Origin: Antedon mediterranea
Taxonomy: Eukaryota > Animalia > Echinodermata
Direction: 5' to 3'
Assembly (NCBI RefSeq): GCF_964355755.1
Contig: NC_092672.1
Coordinates: 35,284,437-35,348,436, forward strand
DNA length: 64,000 nucleotides
Every line of letters begins with the position of its first letter. Position 1 is the stretch's first letter. Positions 39,825 through 53,939 of this stretch are shown one piece after another. The notes beneath the pieces were generated by a model. That model was not told where the DNA came from and did not search any database. It saw only the letters and a program-made list of their open reading frames with translations. Both the position numbers and the translations under genes were made by a program.

Positions 39825-39951
39825 CATAGTAGAGCTGCTGTAGCTTTGTGGTTAACGTGCTTGCCTTTCCATCCCATAAGTCCAGGTTCAATCCTGACCT
39901 AGCGCATGCCAGGGTTGTAACTCACAACTCTTTCAACTCCACTCCCTCTAA
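39825..39951 (+). mobile_element. tRNA-derived SINE
   Basis: A-box-like TAGCTTTGTGG, B-box GGTTCAATCC, tail shared with 26119-26212; no full cloverleaf. Confidence 0.65.
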
Positions 39952-40923
39952 TCCGATAAATTATAGTAGTTATCCATCCTGTATTTGGCGAGTTTGCGCT
40001 CGCATGTTGTATGCATATGGAATTTTTAAAAAAACATGAAAAGAAGAGGGCAGGCATAAACTAAAGTACGGGATGCTGATATTATAGTATTTTCCGGGTA
40101 AAAAACAATCTGGGGAGGTCTCCTCTTTTACTTTACAAATTGAAATGAAAATGTTTTTTAGCGCAATTTGGAAATTTAAGGAAGTAAAAAGTAGACCAAA
40201 TATATTTGATTGGTCCAAATTATTATAATTTATCCACAACATGTAGCCCCGTTCATTACTGTTGTTCAGTACTAATATTTATCATTCTTGACTCGTTATA
40301 TATTTTACTTGAATTTATTATTTTCTTGAAGGAAGAAATAAATGTTAAGTTGAATTGAATTGAATAATGTCATAAGTTTCTTACTAAAACCGAATCGGAC
40401 CTGAAAGAAAGGCGGGGAGGGGGTGCGGGGGGAATGGGGAGAGGGAGGATAAATAAACCCGTTGATTTAATGCATAACCTTTGAATCTGATCGACCATAT
40501 AATTTTAATTTAACAAATCCATTAAATACACGCCCGTATTAATTATATTTACAGTATTGTCGTTTTACGATAAACAAAGGCCATGTCGGCTTACTTTCAC
40601 GTTCTCCTTGAACAAAGCTTAGAGATAGGCCTAGCCCTACATTTTTAATACCATGTATAAAAATGCAGGTTATATCGTTGATTGGGTAAAGACTATAGGC
40701 CCTGTGTTGAATTTTCTTTCAATATCTTGATATTTTGTAGGTCACTTTAAAACCTGGAGAACAAATAAGAATTAATTGTACGATATTTCAACCCTCTATT
40801 ATGACCCCTGATAACATCCGGGAATATCCCCGGCATTTACATTTTTGTTGTTACAAAAACAATTGTCATCGATAGTCACGTGTATTATGGTAAACAATCA
40901 GCATTATTTATAAAAATATCCAA

Positions 40924-40935
40924 TGCGCATGCGCA
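40924..40935. promoter_or_regulatory. NRF1-type palindrome TGCGCATGCGCA, 240 bp upstream of the refilin-like ATG
   Basis: Exact consensus palindrome in CpG-rich sequence. Confidence 0.55.
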
Positions 40936-41174
40936 GGTCCGTGAAATAATTTTAGTTCAAACAACAAAGGCTGACAGCGCAACAATGGGAGAGGAAATGA
41001 ACGTGAGTAATAACAGGAATAGATCGGATCGTGCGCACTGAACCGATCACACGACGGGTCGCTATTAAACCACTTGTCAGCAGCGGCAGTTGATGAAAAT
41101 AAACAGTGCACACGTATGCACGTGGATAGATGTAGCATAGAGTATACCAACACAGAACGGGAATAATAGTCAAA

Positions 41175-44100
41175 ATGGTGCAGATAAAATTACAAAGGAA
41201 AATTGAGGTTATCAGACAGGTACGTTCATTTGAAATTATTTTAATAATAGATACAACAAATATTTTTGTTCATTTGTTTTAATTAATTAGTGGAGTTCGT
41301 GATCGACCGATCAATTCCAGAAGCAGTGTTATTAATCATTCATAAGAACCGATTGAATTATTAATCATCTATTTACATAAATATTTTATTAAATAATAAT
41401 TAATAAAGCATTAGCAATTAGTATCATAACGTAATTTCTGTAGATATACAACTTAAGTACGTACTAGTTTGTCTTAATTAATAATGTCAGTTATGGATAG
41501 GGGTGAATGTAGTGAGAGAGGGTAGGCCTAAATGCGTGGTCTGTATTTTGTTAATAATTGACCATGAGATACCGTAGCAATTGTGATTAAAATTCCATAT
41601 CCGATCATCTGACTAGATTACCGCTTGCTGTTAAATCATATAGTACACAATATGTCTTACAGAAAATGTTGTAGTCTTTTACAAATCGTTTAATGATCAG
41701 TCATTTTAAAGCTAAACAAGCCAGTCAAAAGTAAACAACATACGGTATAAATATTACTTTGAAATCTGTTGAAGCGCGAAGTATGACGCCTGCTGTGTGA
41801 TATGATAGCCAGGGTCGTTATTTATTTATGGCTTAATGATAATAATATTATCATGCACGAAAAATACATATACTTTCCGTCATGATGATTTACTGCAGAG
41901 ACCCGCTGTATTGATACAGTCATAGGTACCCTTATAAATTACATCAGACCCGCTCTCATAATATTGGTTTAATGAATATTCAGTTTTGGTGAAATTAAGA
42001 GTTGTAGTAGCTGTCTAGTATGCGAAAATGACTTTTGGATTTTGGAATGAGTGGGGGACGGGAGAGGTGATTCAGGAGGTCCGTCAATAATATTAAATAA
42101 TTTAATTGAATTAACATTAAATAAATAAAGCAATATCAAACAACAAACATGGCATGAGAGCATTGTGTTAGTGGTTATTTCATTGAGGAAATCAAAATGT
42201 AAATATTATTCAACCACGAACAGGATTTTTTTTTTTATGATGGTAGACGTCCGTCGTATATTAAATAATGCATGCATTATCGTAATGGGTAGGCCTCAAC
42301 GTTTAGGCAGCATGTAGTATTACCAGAATTGCAGATTTTTCCTCTCAAATAATACTATAATACAGTTTCGACTTTTTTATGTAATGATTAATTTACCTTT
42401 ATTAATATCATAACAAACAACAACACAAAACAAACACGGAGTAAAAATATGTTTAAAGATGAAATTAGGGACCTCCGAGAAACCTTAAGGGGATTGTTAT
42501 AGGAGGCCCACTAAAACTAGTTACATTAATTAAAATACGTACCGTACCGTAAAAAATAATAAATAAATAAATAGACGAATAGACCATGACAGGATTAACA
42601 TGGGATGCGCATTGTTAGGAAATACCATGATTTTTGTCCGTAACCAGCTCAAGATAGGCCTACGTATGACACGCATGACGACGTGTGCCGAAATGTTTAT
42701 CTCTTTATCAATTAGGCCTTTAAGACAATGCATTTGTATATGTTTGTGTCTATATTAATAATAACGGCAAGTGTTATTCCACCACGGAGACTGAGAGCAT
42801 GATTTCCATCGCGGTCTCCATTAGGGACAGCCCCGACCGAGTATATTCGGTTTCTTTTGTTGTGTGGCACGTTAAAAGAAAAACTAGCATGCAACCGTGT
42901 TTTGAGTTTCATTGATTATTGCCACCAACAGTGACGTTGACCAGTATCACATGTTGTACATCGACATATTAATTCTTTTGTTGATTTATTTTTATTCATA
43001 TTTTACGGAATAATTTTGATTAGTTTTAACGCCAGATGGTTTAGTTGTGATCTTGTTTCGTACTTTATGTAACATTCAAAAGCAACGAGGAAAATCCGCC
43101 ATAATCAAAACGTATAATAGTAGACCTAATATATGAGTACATAATTACGTCTAAAGAGCTCCGCTCTACACACACATTATACATATATAATTTAATTTAA
43201 AGAATTCAAACTTAAAACCACACATACTTTAATTAAAGTGTGCGTTGAAAAGTTGATAATGTATGTATAGACCTATGGTCTGATATGTAAATAGACATAA
43301 CTTGAAAGCAATGAGGAAATTCCGCCATAGGCCTAATCAAAACGTATAGGCCTAATGTAGACCTATGAGTCCATTACGTCTAAGTAGCTCCACTCTACCC
43401 ACAATTATACGTATAATTTATATTTAAGGAAATCAAACTTAAAACCACACGTACTTTAATTCGGCCAACGTGTGCGTTGAAAAGTTGATAATATTATAAT
43501 GGCGGCCTACTATGGTCTACTCATGTAATAATACATCTAACTTGAACAATTATTAAATATAATGATTGGGCCATAATTATAAAGCGTATTGGAATACCGT
43601 CGTCCACTAGATTAATTCTATTTCTGTTTTCATATTTTAAATTGAAATTGCAGGCTTGCCAATTTTTTCACGAACAAAACCTTTAAAAATCTCTGTTTTG
43701 AATGATAAGATTGTATCGATTTGTGGCGGAAGCAATCATTCTGTATCTTGGCATTATCCGCCGACGACAGAATGCTGTAGGCCTAAGTAGTAGTGCTAAA
43801 TAGATCGCTTATAATCATGAAACCATGCAGGAATTGAATTTACTTGTTTCATAATCACTGTACAATTTTAATACTAATGACCTTTCGATCAAAATACTCG
43901 GGTCGTATAGTAGTTATTGGAATGATATTTGCTGTTCTTTCGTTTTAAGCCATTTCGCGTTACGCCACTGCGTACGTGCATCTTGTTCATAATCAATGAG
44001 AAATAAGTTAATTGATGAAATAATTGTTTTCGACACATTTTGCATTTTCTCTCACTTTTTAAAGACATTATGTAACTGAAATTACCGGTAAAATCTGTTA

Positions 44101-47100
44101 ATTTCCCAAATTAAGGGCCGTTTTACAAATCTTAATTAGAGAGATTTGGGTCGACGTGACCAATCCTTCCTTCCAGGAGATCATTAGGTCTACAAAATTA
44201 TAGGCCTAGATATATTATAATAGTGGTGGTCAGTTAGACTAAGTTTTAAAATGTATCTTCTGTTGGAGACAGCATTAATAATATTCATGAGAACAATGGA
44301 ATATTGGAATATAAAATCACAATATCATGTATTTAACTGCACCCATGAGAGACGGACGATCCAGCTGTTTGACGGTCTTTAAAAAAAGAATAAATTCAAT
44401 ATTGTCTTGTACGGTAATCCTGTATGAGTGAATTACACTTAACCAGAGATTGTACTATTAGAATAATGTTCACATTATTTAATCCCGAATAATAATGTAG
44501 CAACAACATTGTAGTATCTGGTTCTATTAAAGGAAGAAATTAGATCGTCTTTACAGTAAAACACTAGTTGTTTATATAGTTTTCAACTCCATGATTTTCT
44601 AATAAGGGGAAAGACTTTGGACTGAACTCAACCTTATCCTATATTTAAAATTGTAATTTTCAAAATTTAGAGCCAGCTCAACGAAACATGGTATAAAACA
44701 TCAATTGCGCAATACCAAACGAACAATGAGAACATTAAAATGTATGGTGTTTAAACGAATATTTTGAGCTGTGTGTCTTGATGTTTTGAAAGTAATATTG
44801 TTTGCCATTCCATAACCTTGACATTTAATTGTACTCTGTACTCATTATTTTTTTTTATCGGCCTTTTATTTTAAACAACAACAACGACTGTAACTAACCT
44901 TAAATAGGCCGCCAACTATTGACTTATATTGATTGTCTTATCGTCCTTCGGATGAAACATTTAATAGGCACGCCGGTTATTATAGAACTTGATTATTAAA
45001 TGAACCAATCAGTGGGCCTAAACTTACAATTAATCCTAAATATCCACCACCAGCCACCGACTCCCCTAACAATTACCCTCTCCGACACCCCGCAATGACC
45101 CTCCCCGACACCCTACCCTCTCCGACACCCCCACAATAACCCTCTCCGACACCCCAAAATTATCCTCCCCCGACACCCTACCCTCTCCGACACCCCCACA
45201 ATAACCCCTCCGACACCCTACAATTACCCTCCCCGACACCCCCACAATTAGCCTACCCTCCCCGACACACTACCCTCTCCGACACCCCCACAGTTACCCT
45301 CCCCGACACCCCACAATTACCTTCCCCGACACCCTACCCTCTCCGACACCCCCGCAATTAACCTCTCCGACACCCCAACAATAACTCTCTCCGACACCCC
45401 ACAACCCTCTCCGACAACCCCGCAATTACCCTCCCTACCCTCTCCGACACCCACACAATTACCCTCCCCGACACCCTACCCTCTACGACACCATCCAACC
45501 CACTCACACTCAGATATATTATTTTTTAGACCTCTCTCATTATGGACATTTTCTTCTTTATTTTGCCATATGATGCTCTCCGATTATTATTACAACACTC
45601 ATAAATGCTATGACCTTTACAAATAAACCGTGACGTACTTTGTCTGAATATGTTTATAGTTTTTTATGTTAATGTTATTTAATGTATATCATCGTTATCT
45701 TGCATTTTCAAGCAATTGTTTTTGTGTCGTGTGCAGTCGTAACCTCCGTGTGCACTCGCATTATTGAGAGGCGTAAACGATTTACGCGCAACGTACGTAG
45801 GCCTATTTAATTTTTCGGTGCAACGTTTGTTTTGAGAGCGGCGCTTATTTTAAAACTAACATAATAATGTCCTGTCTGTACAGTTGCGAGCATCAAGCCG
45901 ACATCGAGCCAAATATAGGGCCTATGGACAATGCACTGAACATTTTCATTCAGAATATAATAAGTAATCACATGTATTACATGGCAAGTAATGTAATTTA
46001 ACTTATGGAAATAAATAAACGTGAAATGTGGATTAGATTGTCATTCGCTAATGGGCTGAGGCCTAATTAAGACGCGCCAATAAACCGTGAGCAGATGTCG
46101 TATTCATTTTGAATGCCCTGTGTGAGAGGCCTAAATATCACGGTAATTATCGTCATTTGCTTTATTTTCATTTTTGCTGCTCATTATAATGACATTTCAT
46201 TTTCGTCATTATCACGTGTGCCACAATAATCTGTGACGTAGCCACTGGTAATATCCGTTATGAGTATTACTATTTATGATAACAACTATTTATGGCACCT
46301 GGATGGATATTATTGTTATCATTACGGGTATATTTGTCATCGCCATCGTAACTCTAAAATCCTTATGATCATTGTCATTAAATGATGTAACCGCTTTCAC
46401 CAACCACAATCATTATCATATTATCATTATCAAAACATTGTACAGTATAGCCGCATCACTGTGTACAACCACAACCACAATATTCCAACTGAGATTTTGT
46501 TAAACCTCAACAACCGTAACTTTATCCCCAACCCCCACAACCACCTCCTTCAATCATGGTCACCCACAAACATTTTATTCCCAGCTTTGCAGATATCTCC
46601 TTTAAATAATATTTGGCCTAACTGGAATTCTATTGTGTACACGTTGAAGGCTTATCACTAAGATCATCAGTCAGATATGGAATTCGTTACCATGGTAATA
46701 TAACAAATTATGATATCATAATTGTAATTGTGTCAATATAGGCCTATACAAGATCGACCCTGTACCATGAGTCCACTATCGTATTATGAGAATGTGATTG
46801 TTGATTTAGGAAGGAAATGATTTGACTTTAGATTGCATTGTCCAGAAATGTTGGTATCAGTCGAGTAGGCCATTTTTTCTTAATTTGTCTTAAGTTACGA
46901 TTTTTGAAGGAAAAAAAAAGATTTAATGGCACACAATTCGGGTGATTGTGAAGTTCCGCTTTTCCTTGGCGCTGAGTATAATTATGCTTATTAGGGCGAA
47001 ATGGTCATGGCTGTCTGTAACAAAGTATTTATTTTTAGAATTTATTTTTAAAGGTCAAGTTCACGTAGTACTATACAGGTTCTTTAAATAACAATAGTAC

Positions 47101-50100
47101 AATAAACTCAAATAAGTTGTGGTAAACCCCAACAGAATGAGGGCGCTATATAATGTACAGCCTATAGCAATCATCATGATTACGCACACAGTACAGAGAG
47201 TTATTACAAGTTCTGAGTTTCCTTTTAAATGTTGGTGCGCCCTCTATTTTTTTTTCTTTTAGGTCATAACGCCTGTATAATCGTATTTAATTCATGAATA
47301 TTTTCATGAAACTGTTCATAATTCGTTCACGGACGAGGGCGTTAATTTTTTCACGTAATGTGTGAACTTTTATAAAATCTGGTAAAAGTAAAGCGCTCTT
47401 CTGTTATATATAAAAGTATGCCTAAAGTATTCCAATGATTTTTGTAGGATCTGTGGCTATTAAATACAGATTTTTCATATTCGTTAATATTTTAATACGT
47501 AGTTACCAGGGACGAGTGAAATTACACTAATTTTAATTTCACTCTTCCCTGGTAGTAACGTACTAAAAGAAAATCACCTGTATGATAATTAACTACGAAA
47601 TTTTAAAGATTTATAACCGAAAATGTTATAAATTCCCTCATCAATTACCGTACAGCAAGACAAAATGCTTTTACATAAAAAGTACGAGTGTATATCAAAT
47701 TTAAACCATAATCTCAATTGTTAGTGGCATTTAAATTGATCGATATGTTAGTGGTTACACAGTGGTCATACCGTTGTAGGATTGGGTTGTCGCCGGCAGA
47801 GGGTGGAGTTACAAGCAGACGACAGCTTGTGTCTTTTGTACGCTTGATGTATTTGACAGCAGTTTGTGTTTAATCTCTGCTCAAGTTGCCAGTAAAGGCA
47901 GTTAGAGAAGTCAATTTGAGAGGAATTTAAATAAAGAAGAGAATAGACGATGATGAATGGAATGACGAACGGGGTAAGAACATTAATGAAGTTTAAATTG
48001 TTCAACGCCATTTGATATCGCAGTATCCAACAACTGTTCTCTGTGTTTAGTTAGGAAAATGTCAAATTGATGTTACACGGTTTTAGTCCGACCATGGTCC
48101 GACAGTCGGCAGAATATCCAGACATTTAAATTAGTTAATACAAAATGATACCGCTTTTATATATATATATTTTATTTCAATGTACAGTTGCTGTAAGTAG
48201 TAGGCCTATATTAGTAGAATTATTATATTGCCCGGGCATTAGTAACCTAAACCAGGAAGGGACAATGTCACGCCAAGTTAGGTTCTATTTCCAAATTAGG
48301 CGCCAAATTAGGTACTCATTACAATTTTCTACCATTTTTTGAAATGCAGTTTTACGGTATATAATGCGAATGTATTGAAGCTATAGTGTTAAACTCCCGA
48401 AACATCCTATGTATCGTTTCGATCCCGGTTTCGACCTCCTGATTTACATCGTATTCGAAAAATTATGATTAAAAGTTATAATACTATACTTGAAATTTAG
48501 CAATTTCAACTAATTACACCACCTGTAGGAGGCCATATACTGTATACATATTTCGGAGTATTTGAAAAATGAGATGCCCAGTCGGCCTGCTGTGTTCTGT
48601 GGTGGATTGTGGATATTGTATGTGGGAACCTGGTGTATGACTACTATCGTTTATTTATCACAACAGTTGTTTTAACCATACTACTAATGCTACTAATTTG
48701 TCAAATTGTGCATACAGAACTCAGTAGTGAAGGTCCCCCCATCGATCGTGGATACGATTATGACGTAAGTCGATCCTGGCAGCAGCTTAAATCAGCTTGG
48801 TCTATAATTGTTTCTATATCGTATTTATTCAATCATTTTATAGAACGTGACTTGCCCGTGTAGTTAAAAAAAACGAACGCAAAAACTGACAAAATTTGAA
48901 CGGGCGTTTACATTTTGATAATGGTATGTGTTTGTACGCGCGCGTAAACTTGTGTCGTTTGTGGTATACGTCACTGGGTAGAGGTACTACAATAATTGCA
49001 ACGTGGACATTGTAATTTATAATGTATATACAGTAGGCCTACCGTATAATAATTGTGTATAGATCTGAAAAGCAACGATACTAGGGTTTAGATAAATGAA
49101 AATCTAAACTTCACTTAAATTTTGTTTATTACATTGGCCTTCGACAAGTAGGTTTACCCATGGTTTATCAAGTACTTTTGGCACTTGAGCTGGCCACTCG
49201 TAAAACCATCAAGCCACTTTTCGTGCTTAATTCACACTCTTTAAACACATTTTTTACTGCGAGAACTTTGGTTATACGAGTGTAATGCCAGGGGTCAAGT
49301 TATTCCATGTTTAAATGCAATAAATTGTCTTTAAAATAGTTTGAGATTTTGAGAATTTTCCAAATACCGCGCGTTCAAATATTGATACTGTATAATGGTA
49401 CGCGCGCGTAAATACGGTTCCTTTTTAGTGCCATTGACTTTTTATATCAGTAATCCATAGGCTTACAATGCTTATAGATCATAGAGTTAGACTTAAGATG
49501 ATAACAATAGGGTGTTGTACAACGGCTGCTGTGTGACTCAACGAAGTTTACTTTCTTTTTATGATTGAAAACAATTGTTTAGTTTAGGCTTTTCACAGGT
49601 AAATATTCTATACTCGCGTTAACGTAGTATCGGTTGCTTGTCTAAATGATTTGTCTGGTTTTTCATAGGCCTGCAGGCCGTACACAAATGATCGAATAAT
49701 TTGAGTTACTTACGCGCGATCTTTTGCATCGAAATTTGGCGGTAACGCGTTTATTTGTTCTGAGACCATTCATACGTGTAACTAAAGGAAACACGTAGAT
49801 TGTAGTTTTCTCAAATCTTTAACATTTACAATTTAGCGAAATATTTGATGCTCCACATGCCGCATACCAAAGATTAAACAGTACTTAAAGTTGGCATGAG
49901 ACAATATTTATTCTTCCATGGTTATGATCTTGTTTTAAGAGATAACGTTACACTAGCCTATATAGTGGTAGGATATATTATAATAACACGTGTATTATAG
50001 GCCTAAAACTGGTATAACCGTGACCAATTACTGCATGCAGGCCTATGGATGAATAAAATCGGCCTAGTGTTCAATCAATTTCTTTCACATTTTGTCTCCT

Positions 50101-53100
50101 GTCTCTAGAAGGCTATTAAGATTTCGAACTACTATATATATCACGTACCGATAAACATTGACACATTTAGATCCCAATTTACATATTTCTTTCATTAATA
50201 ATTTAAATATCATCCAAATTGAACCACACATTAATCAACTCACGCGGAACCAAGATTGCTACAGAATTATATTACGCTTCCGTAATTTGTAAGTGTTTCC
50301 ATAGAGCCATAATACAAATTGAAAAATTCCCCATAAAACAGCTTACAATTGTGTATTATCATACTTAAACTATAATTCATAAAGAAGGCGCTGATGCGTG
50401 ATAATTATGTACAACTGCAGTATATTAATGAACAAGGAAGCGCCTATATTTTATAGTCTGATCCGTGAAGCTGTACAACAGTTATGACACACTAAGCTAA
50501 ATCAGAAAAAATTAACTATCTCTCATATTTTATCCTGTTGTTTAATAACATTTAACGTCCAGGTAAGGGGGACATTTTTTACAATCATTTGCTAGGCTGA
50601 GGTAGGCCAATAACTTTACTTTATTGCGTGTTGTGTATGCATGTCTTCAACTTGTAACTTGTTTATCGTAAACTCATGTAGGCTCAGGTATACTACAAGA
50701 ACATCCGTATCGGTTCATAATAAACAAAATTTTTAGAGGAAATGAAATTCATTTTTAATTATTATTTTCTACTTATTGTCTAGAGCAGCATTGAGTACTG
50801 CATCCCTTGTCTGTTCTGCTTTAGGTCCTATAGGTTACCTGTCATTTTGCTTTTGGTGGTTTAAGTATTTTCTTGAAAAAATATTCCCTTCTCACCAAAG
50901 AGTTATTTTCTCACAAACTCCGCGCAATTCTAGCGTCGCCAGGACAGCTTAATATTTTTTTTCCTAGATTATTTTGTAAATGCTTAATCTAGGGGAGGTA
51001 AAGGAATGCAGCTTTATCAATTTTTAAGTAGGCCTACAGTACACCAGATTCGGGTTATCAGCACCAATCCATTACATTGACGTTTTGTAGTCTTTATAAA
51101 GTATTTGGCTTTATCTCTAGTGACTTTCATCATCACCAGCTTATTCTTTTCGTGTCGTTACGTTTAACTTGCATTAAACATTCATATTTTAGGCCTGTAT
51201 GTTTGTCTGCAAATGTTTTAAACTAAATCCGACAACCATCTCCTCCGCCCAGAGTCCATAGAAATTTCAATAGGCCTATTTAAAGAATATACCGTCTATA
51301 GATATTAACCTGTCAATTTAAACTTGGCGTCCATTGGTCTCTGCGCGTCACTATAGTTTAAACATTCCCCTTATTACATCAATGGTCACACGGGACATCC
51401 CCTAAACGTCACTCTTCTTCGGACGCCACTACTGTATGAATTCCGTTCACAAAAAGAAATATGACTATTATTAGCTTAGTAAGTAAACGCGGCAATGTTT
51501 ATTCTGCGCCCAAGTCTCGCATTCGCCTATAGGGACCAAACAACCCATACAGCCCACAATTATTATGTCAACAATGTTTACTTTTTATTCAAGTCAGACT
51601 CAATCCGACCAGAACTCCCTTCTCAATTATTTGTTCTTTAAGAATTCTAAAAATAATATCGATCAAAATTCGGCCTGCATACCGATTACATTGTGATGTA
51701 CAAATAAATGCAATTAGTTTCGTTTTTAATGACATTCCTCTATAATATCATGTTCTGGTCTAATAGAAAATATGTTTTTTTGTGATTTAGGCCTATATTT
51801 GTTTTAATACTTGCTAAATATACACACTCTGTACTTTGGAAAAACGAACGAATACATTTGGTACAGGCCTCCTTCACGTATTGGTATTGCAACACGCGTT
51901 GCCTAAATCAGGGATATGTAAAATATAAATTAATTAATTTTCATCTATTTTTATAAACAATTTATTTTCATCTCTGTTACAAAGTTTACAAACAATTAAA
52001 ATTTTTAATGTGTTTACTAAAAAATTTGAATTTTTGATACAGTATATTATTTACTGTACGGAGATTATGGAGATACTGTGTATAAACTGCGGGAAAGTTC
52101 ACTAGATTTGCTATGTGAAATTCCAATGTTTCTTGTGTTGGCATCATTCGTGGTTCTGAGTCAACACGGCATCATGGATTCACATTGTTAAATAGGCATA
52201 TAATTAGTGTGAACCACGTATATAAATATCTATAGTTTACTGACCAATTTGTACAGAAAATTAGGGTGTGGACCACCAAAGCGATGAATCTTTTTAGCTG
52301 AATCATAAAATCAATATTATATATTAAGACCGTGTGATCATAGACAAACATCAGAGAAGTAGGGAAGGATAAAAATGATCAATTTGACAAACATCAGAAG
52401 AAAATTATTCATAAAGGATAAAATGATCAATAAATATATTATGTAGATACACGACATTTAGCAAAACGAAGGGAAGGGTCATGACATGGGTTATAAACCA
52501 TTATAGAGGATTTAGGAATTAATTAGGCGGTCTAAACGGTCTGAATTTTAAGGCTCAGGGATGGGGTAATTGTAAACAAGGCCATATAAAAAATAAAGAA
52601 AGCGTGTAACTAAAGTATCTAAAGAGATCTCACGAATTTGCTATTAAATACGTGAATTTTGTACATATCGACATTTACGGGGAATTTGAATCTGGCACTG
52701 ACAATATTTCAGACGGCAGATCTTTAATAAAAATTGAAACCGACTAATTTTAAATTAGAATGAATATTAATTAGTGATGTTTTATTTAACACTCGGATAT
52801 TTATAGAATTTATTATGTTAATTGATGTTATAATTAATTAAAATGTATTCGTTATTTTCACAGGAGGTCTGCGAGTACGATCTTGAACCGGAAGATTTCG
52901 AAGAGGAACTAGAAAACGGGATGATACCAACACAATACAGCGAGACCACAACCATCATACCACGGCCGGCGTACGAAGTTTATTCACACGGCTGCCGGTT
53001 AAATATCATCGACGAACAACGCTTTAAAGAGGAGGTTCAGGTTCGGCCAGGAATTCGTCAAAAATATTTCAACACTACGTCTTATATTTATCCGGAAAGT

Positions 53101-53313
53101 TCTCGAAGGCGGTACAAAAGTTCGATACAATTTATACCAGGACTTAAAACGAAGCATTATACTTCGACCGTTTACACTTTCCCAAAATGGGCTCAAAGGA
53201 CTTACTCAAGCGCAGTGAAGCACCGTGATGCCGAGACGTTAAAATGGTATAAATGTTCCGTACAAATGGAAGCGAAAGACTTTGTTTCAATCAAGCTCAT
53301 ACAAGTTTCATAA
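41175..53313 (+). CDS. RFLN: Refilin / FAM101-like filamin-binding protein (about 164 aa, two exons)
   Basis: Exon 1 41175-41219 (MVQIKLQRKIEVIRQ, CAG|GTACGT, phase 0); exon 2 52864-53313 after TTTTCACAG. Exon 2 aligns by eye to human RFLNB as recalled: DEQRFKEEVQV/SERHFIDDVQL, PESSRRRYKSSIQFIP/PNGTWRNYKAEVRFEP, HYTSTVYTFPK/RFLSTTIVYPK, ETLKWYKCSVQMEA/KTLRRFLSSVELEA. The exon 1 link is inferred. Confidence 0.8.
43081..43545. repeat. About 230-bp diverged tandem duplication
   Basis: AGCAAYGAGGAAA..CCGCCATA...AAACTTAAAACCACAC...GTGTGCGTTGAAAAGTTGATAAT occurs twice. Confidence 0.88.
45055..45495. repeat. C-rich minisatellite (ACCCTCYCCGACACCCC[ACAATT])
   Basis: About 20 degenerate units. Confidence 0.93.
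47492..47566. repeat. Short inverted repeat / hairpin
   Basis: TACCAGGGACGAGTGAAATTA ... TAATTTCACTCTTCCCTGGTA. Confidence 0.75.
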
Positions 53314-53939
53314 TTTAGTCTCGTTTTGTGTACAATTATAGATTTCATAATACTGTAGCTTTATTATTATTATTATCCAGATATCAAAGCCTTTTACGAA
53401 GCGATTGAAAATTTAATGATGCAAGCAGTTCAGCAATATGCGTGACAAGATTCAAACCATTGCTTATTGAATATCACCATAGAAACGTATTAGTTTTAAT
53501 AGCATATCTCGTTAAAATATTACAATAACATGAAATTCAATAATGGAGCTATGACGTCACAGAAGATTGTTCTGTTTTGTTCTCATCTCTAGCAAATCAT
53601 CCCTGGCAAATCATCCAAATATACTAATAATAAATGTTATACTGCGTTGTTTGTGAACAGGTTGTTGTCTATTATGAGACAGACAATTGCTACCTGATGA
53701 CCTAGTTAACTCTAACTTAAAACAACAATTTTGTTATAACTTAAGTTAATCTTCTGGGTTTTAGTATTGTACAAAAGTGAACCTATATTTAAAATGCATG
53801 ATAATATGGTACTATGGTTGTAACCATCAGTGCTTGGTTGTACTATGGTTGCAACATTCGGTGCCTGAGTAGCTCTCTTCTCTTGCATCTGTTGTTCAGG
53901 TTGCAATCTCGTCAGAGCTTCTTGTTCCAGTTAGCATCA

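Noticed and set aside
48609-48863. 84-aa ORF with a hydrophobic stretch inside the refilin intron
   Set aside because: Non-ATG start, no clear splice context or recognisable homology; expected by chance in AT-rich DNA
53381-53445. Possible third refilin exon (IKAFYEAIENLMMQAVQQYA*) after TATCCAG
   Set aside because: No phase-compatible donor near the end of exon 2, whose frame closes normally at 53313
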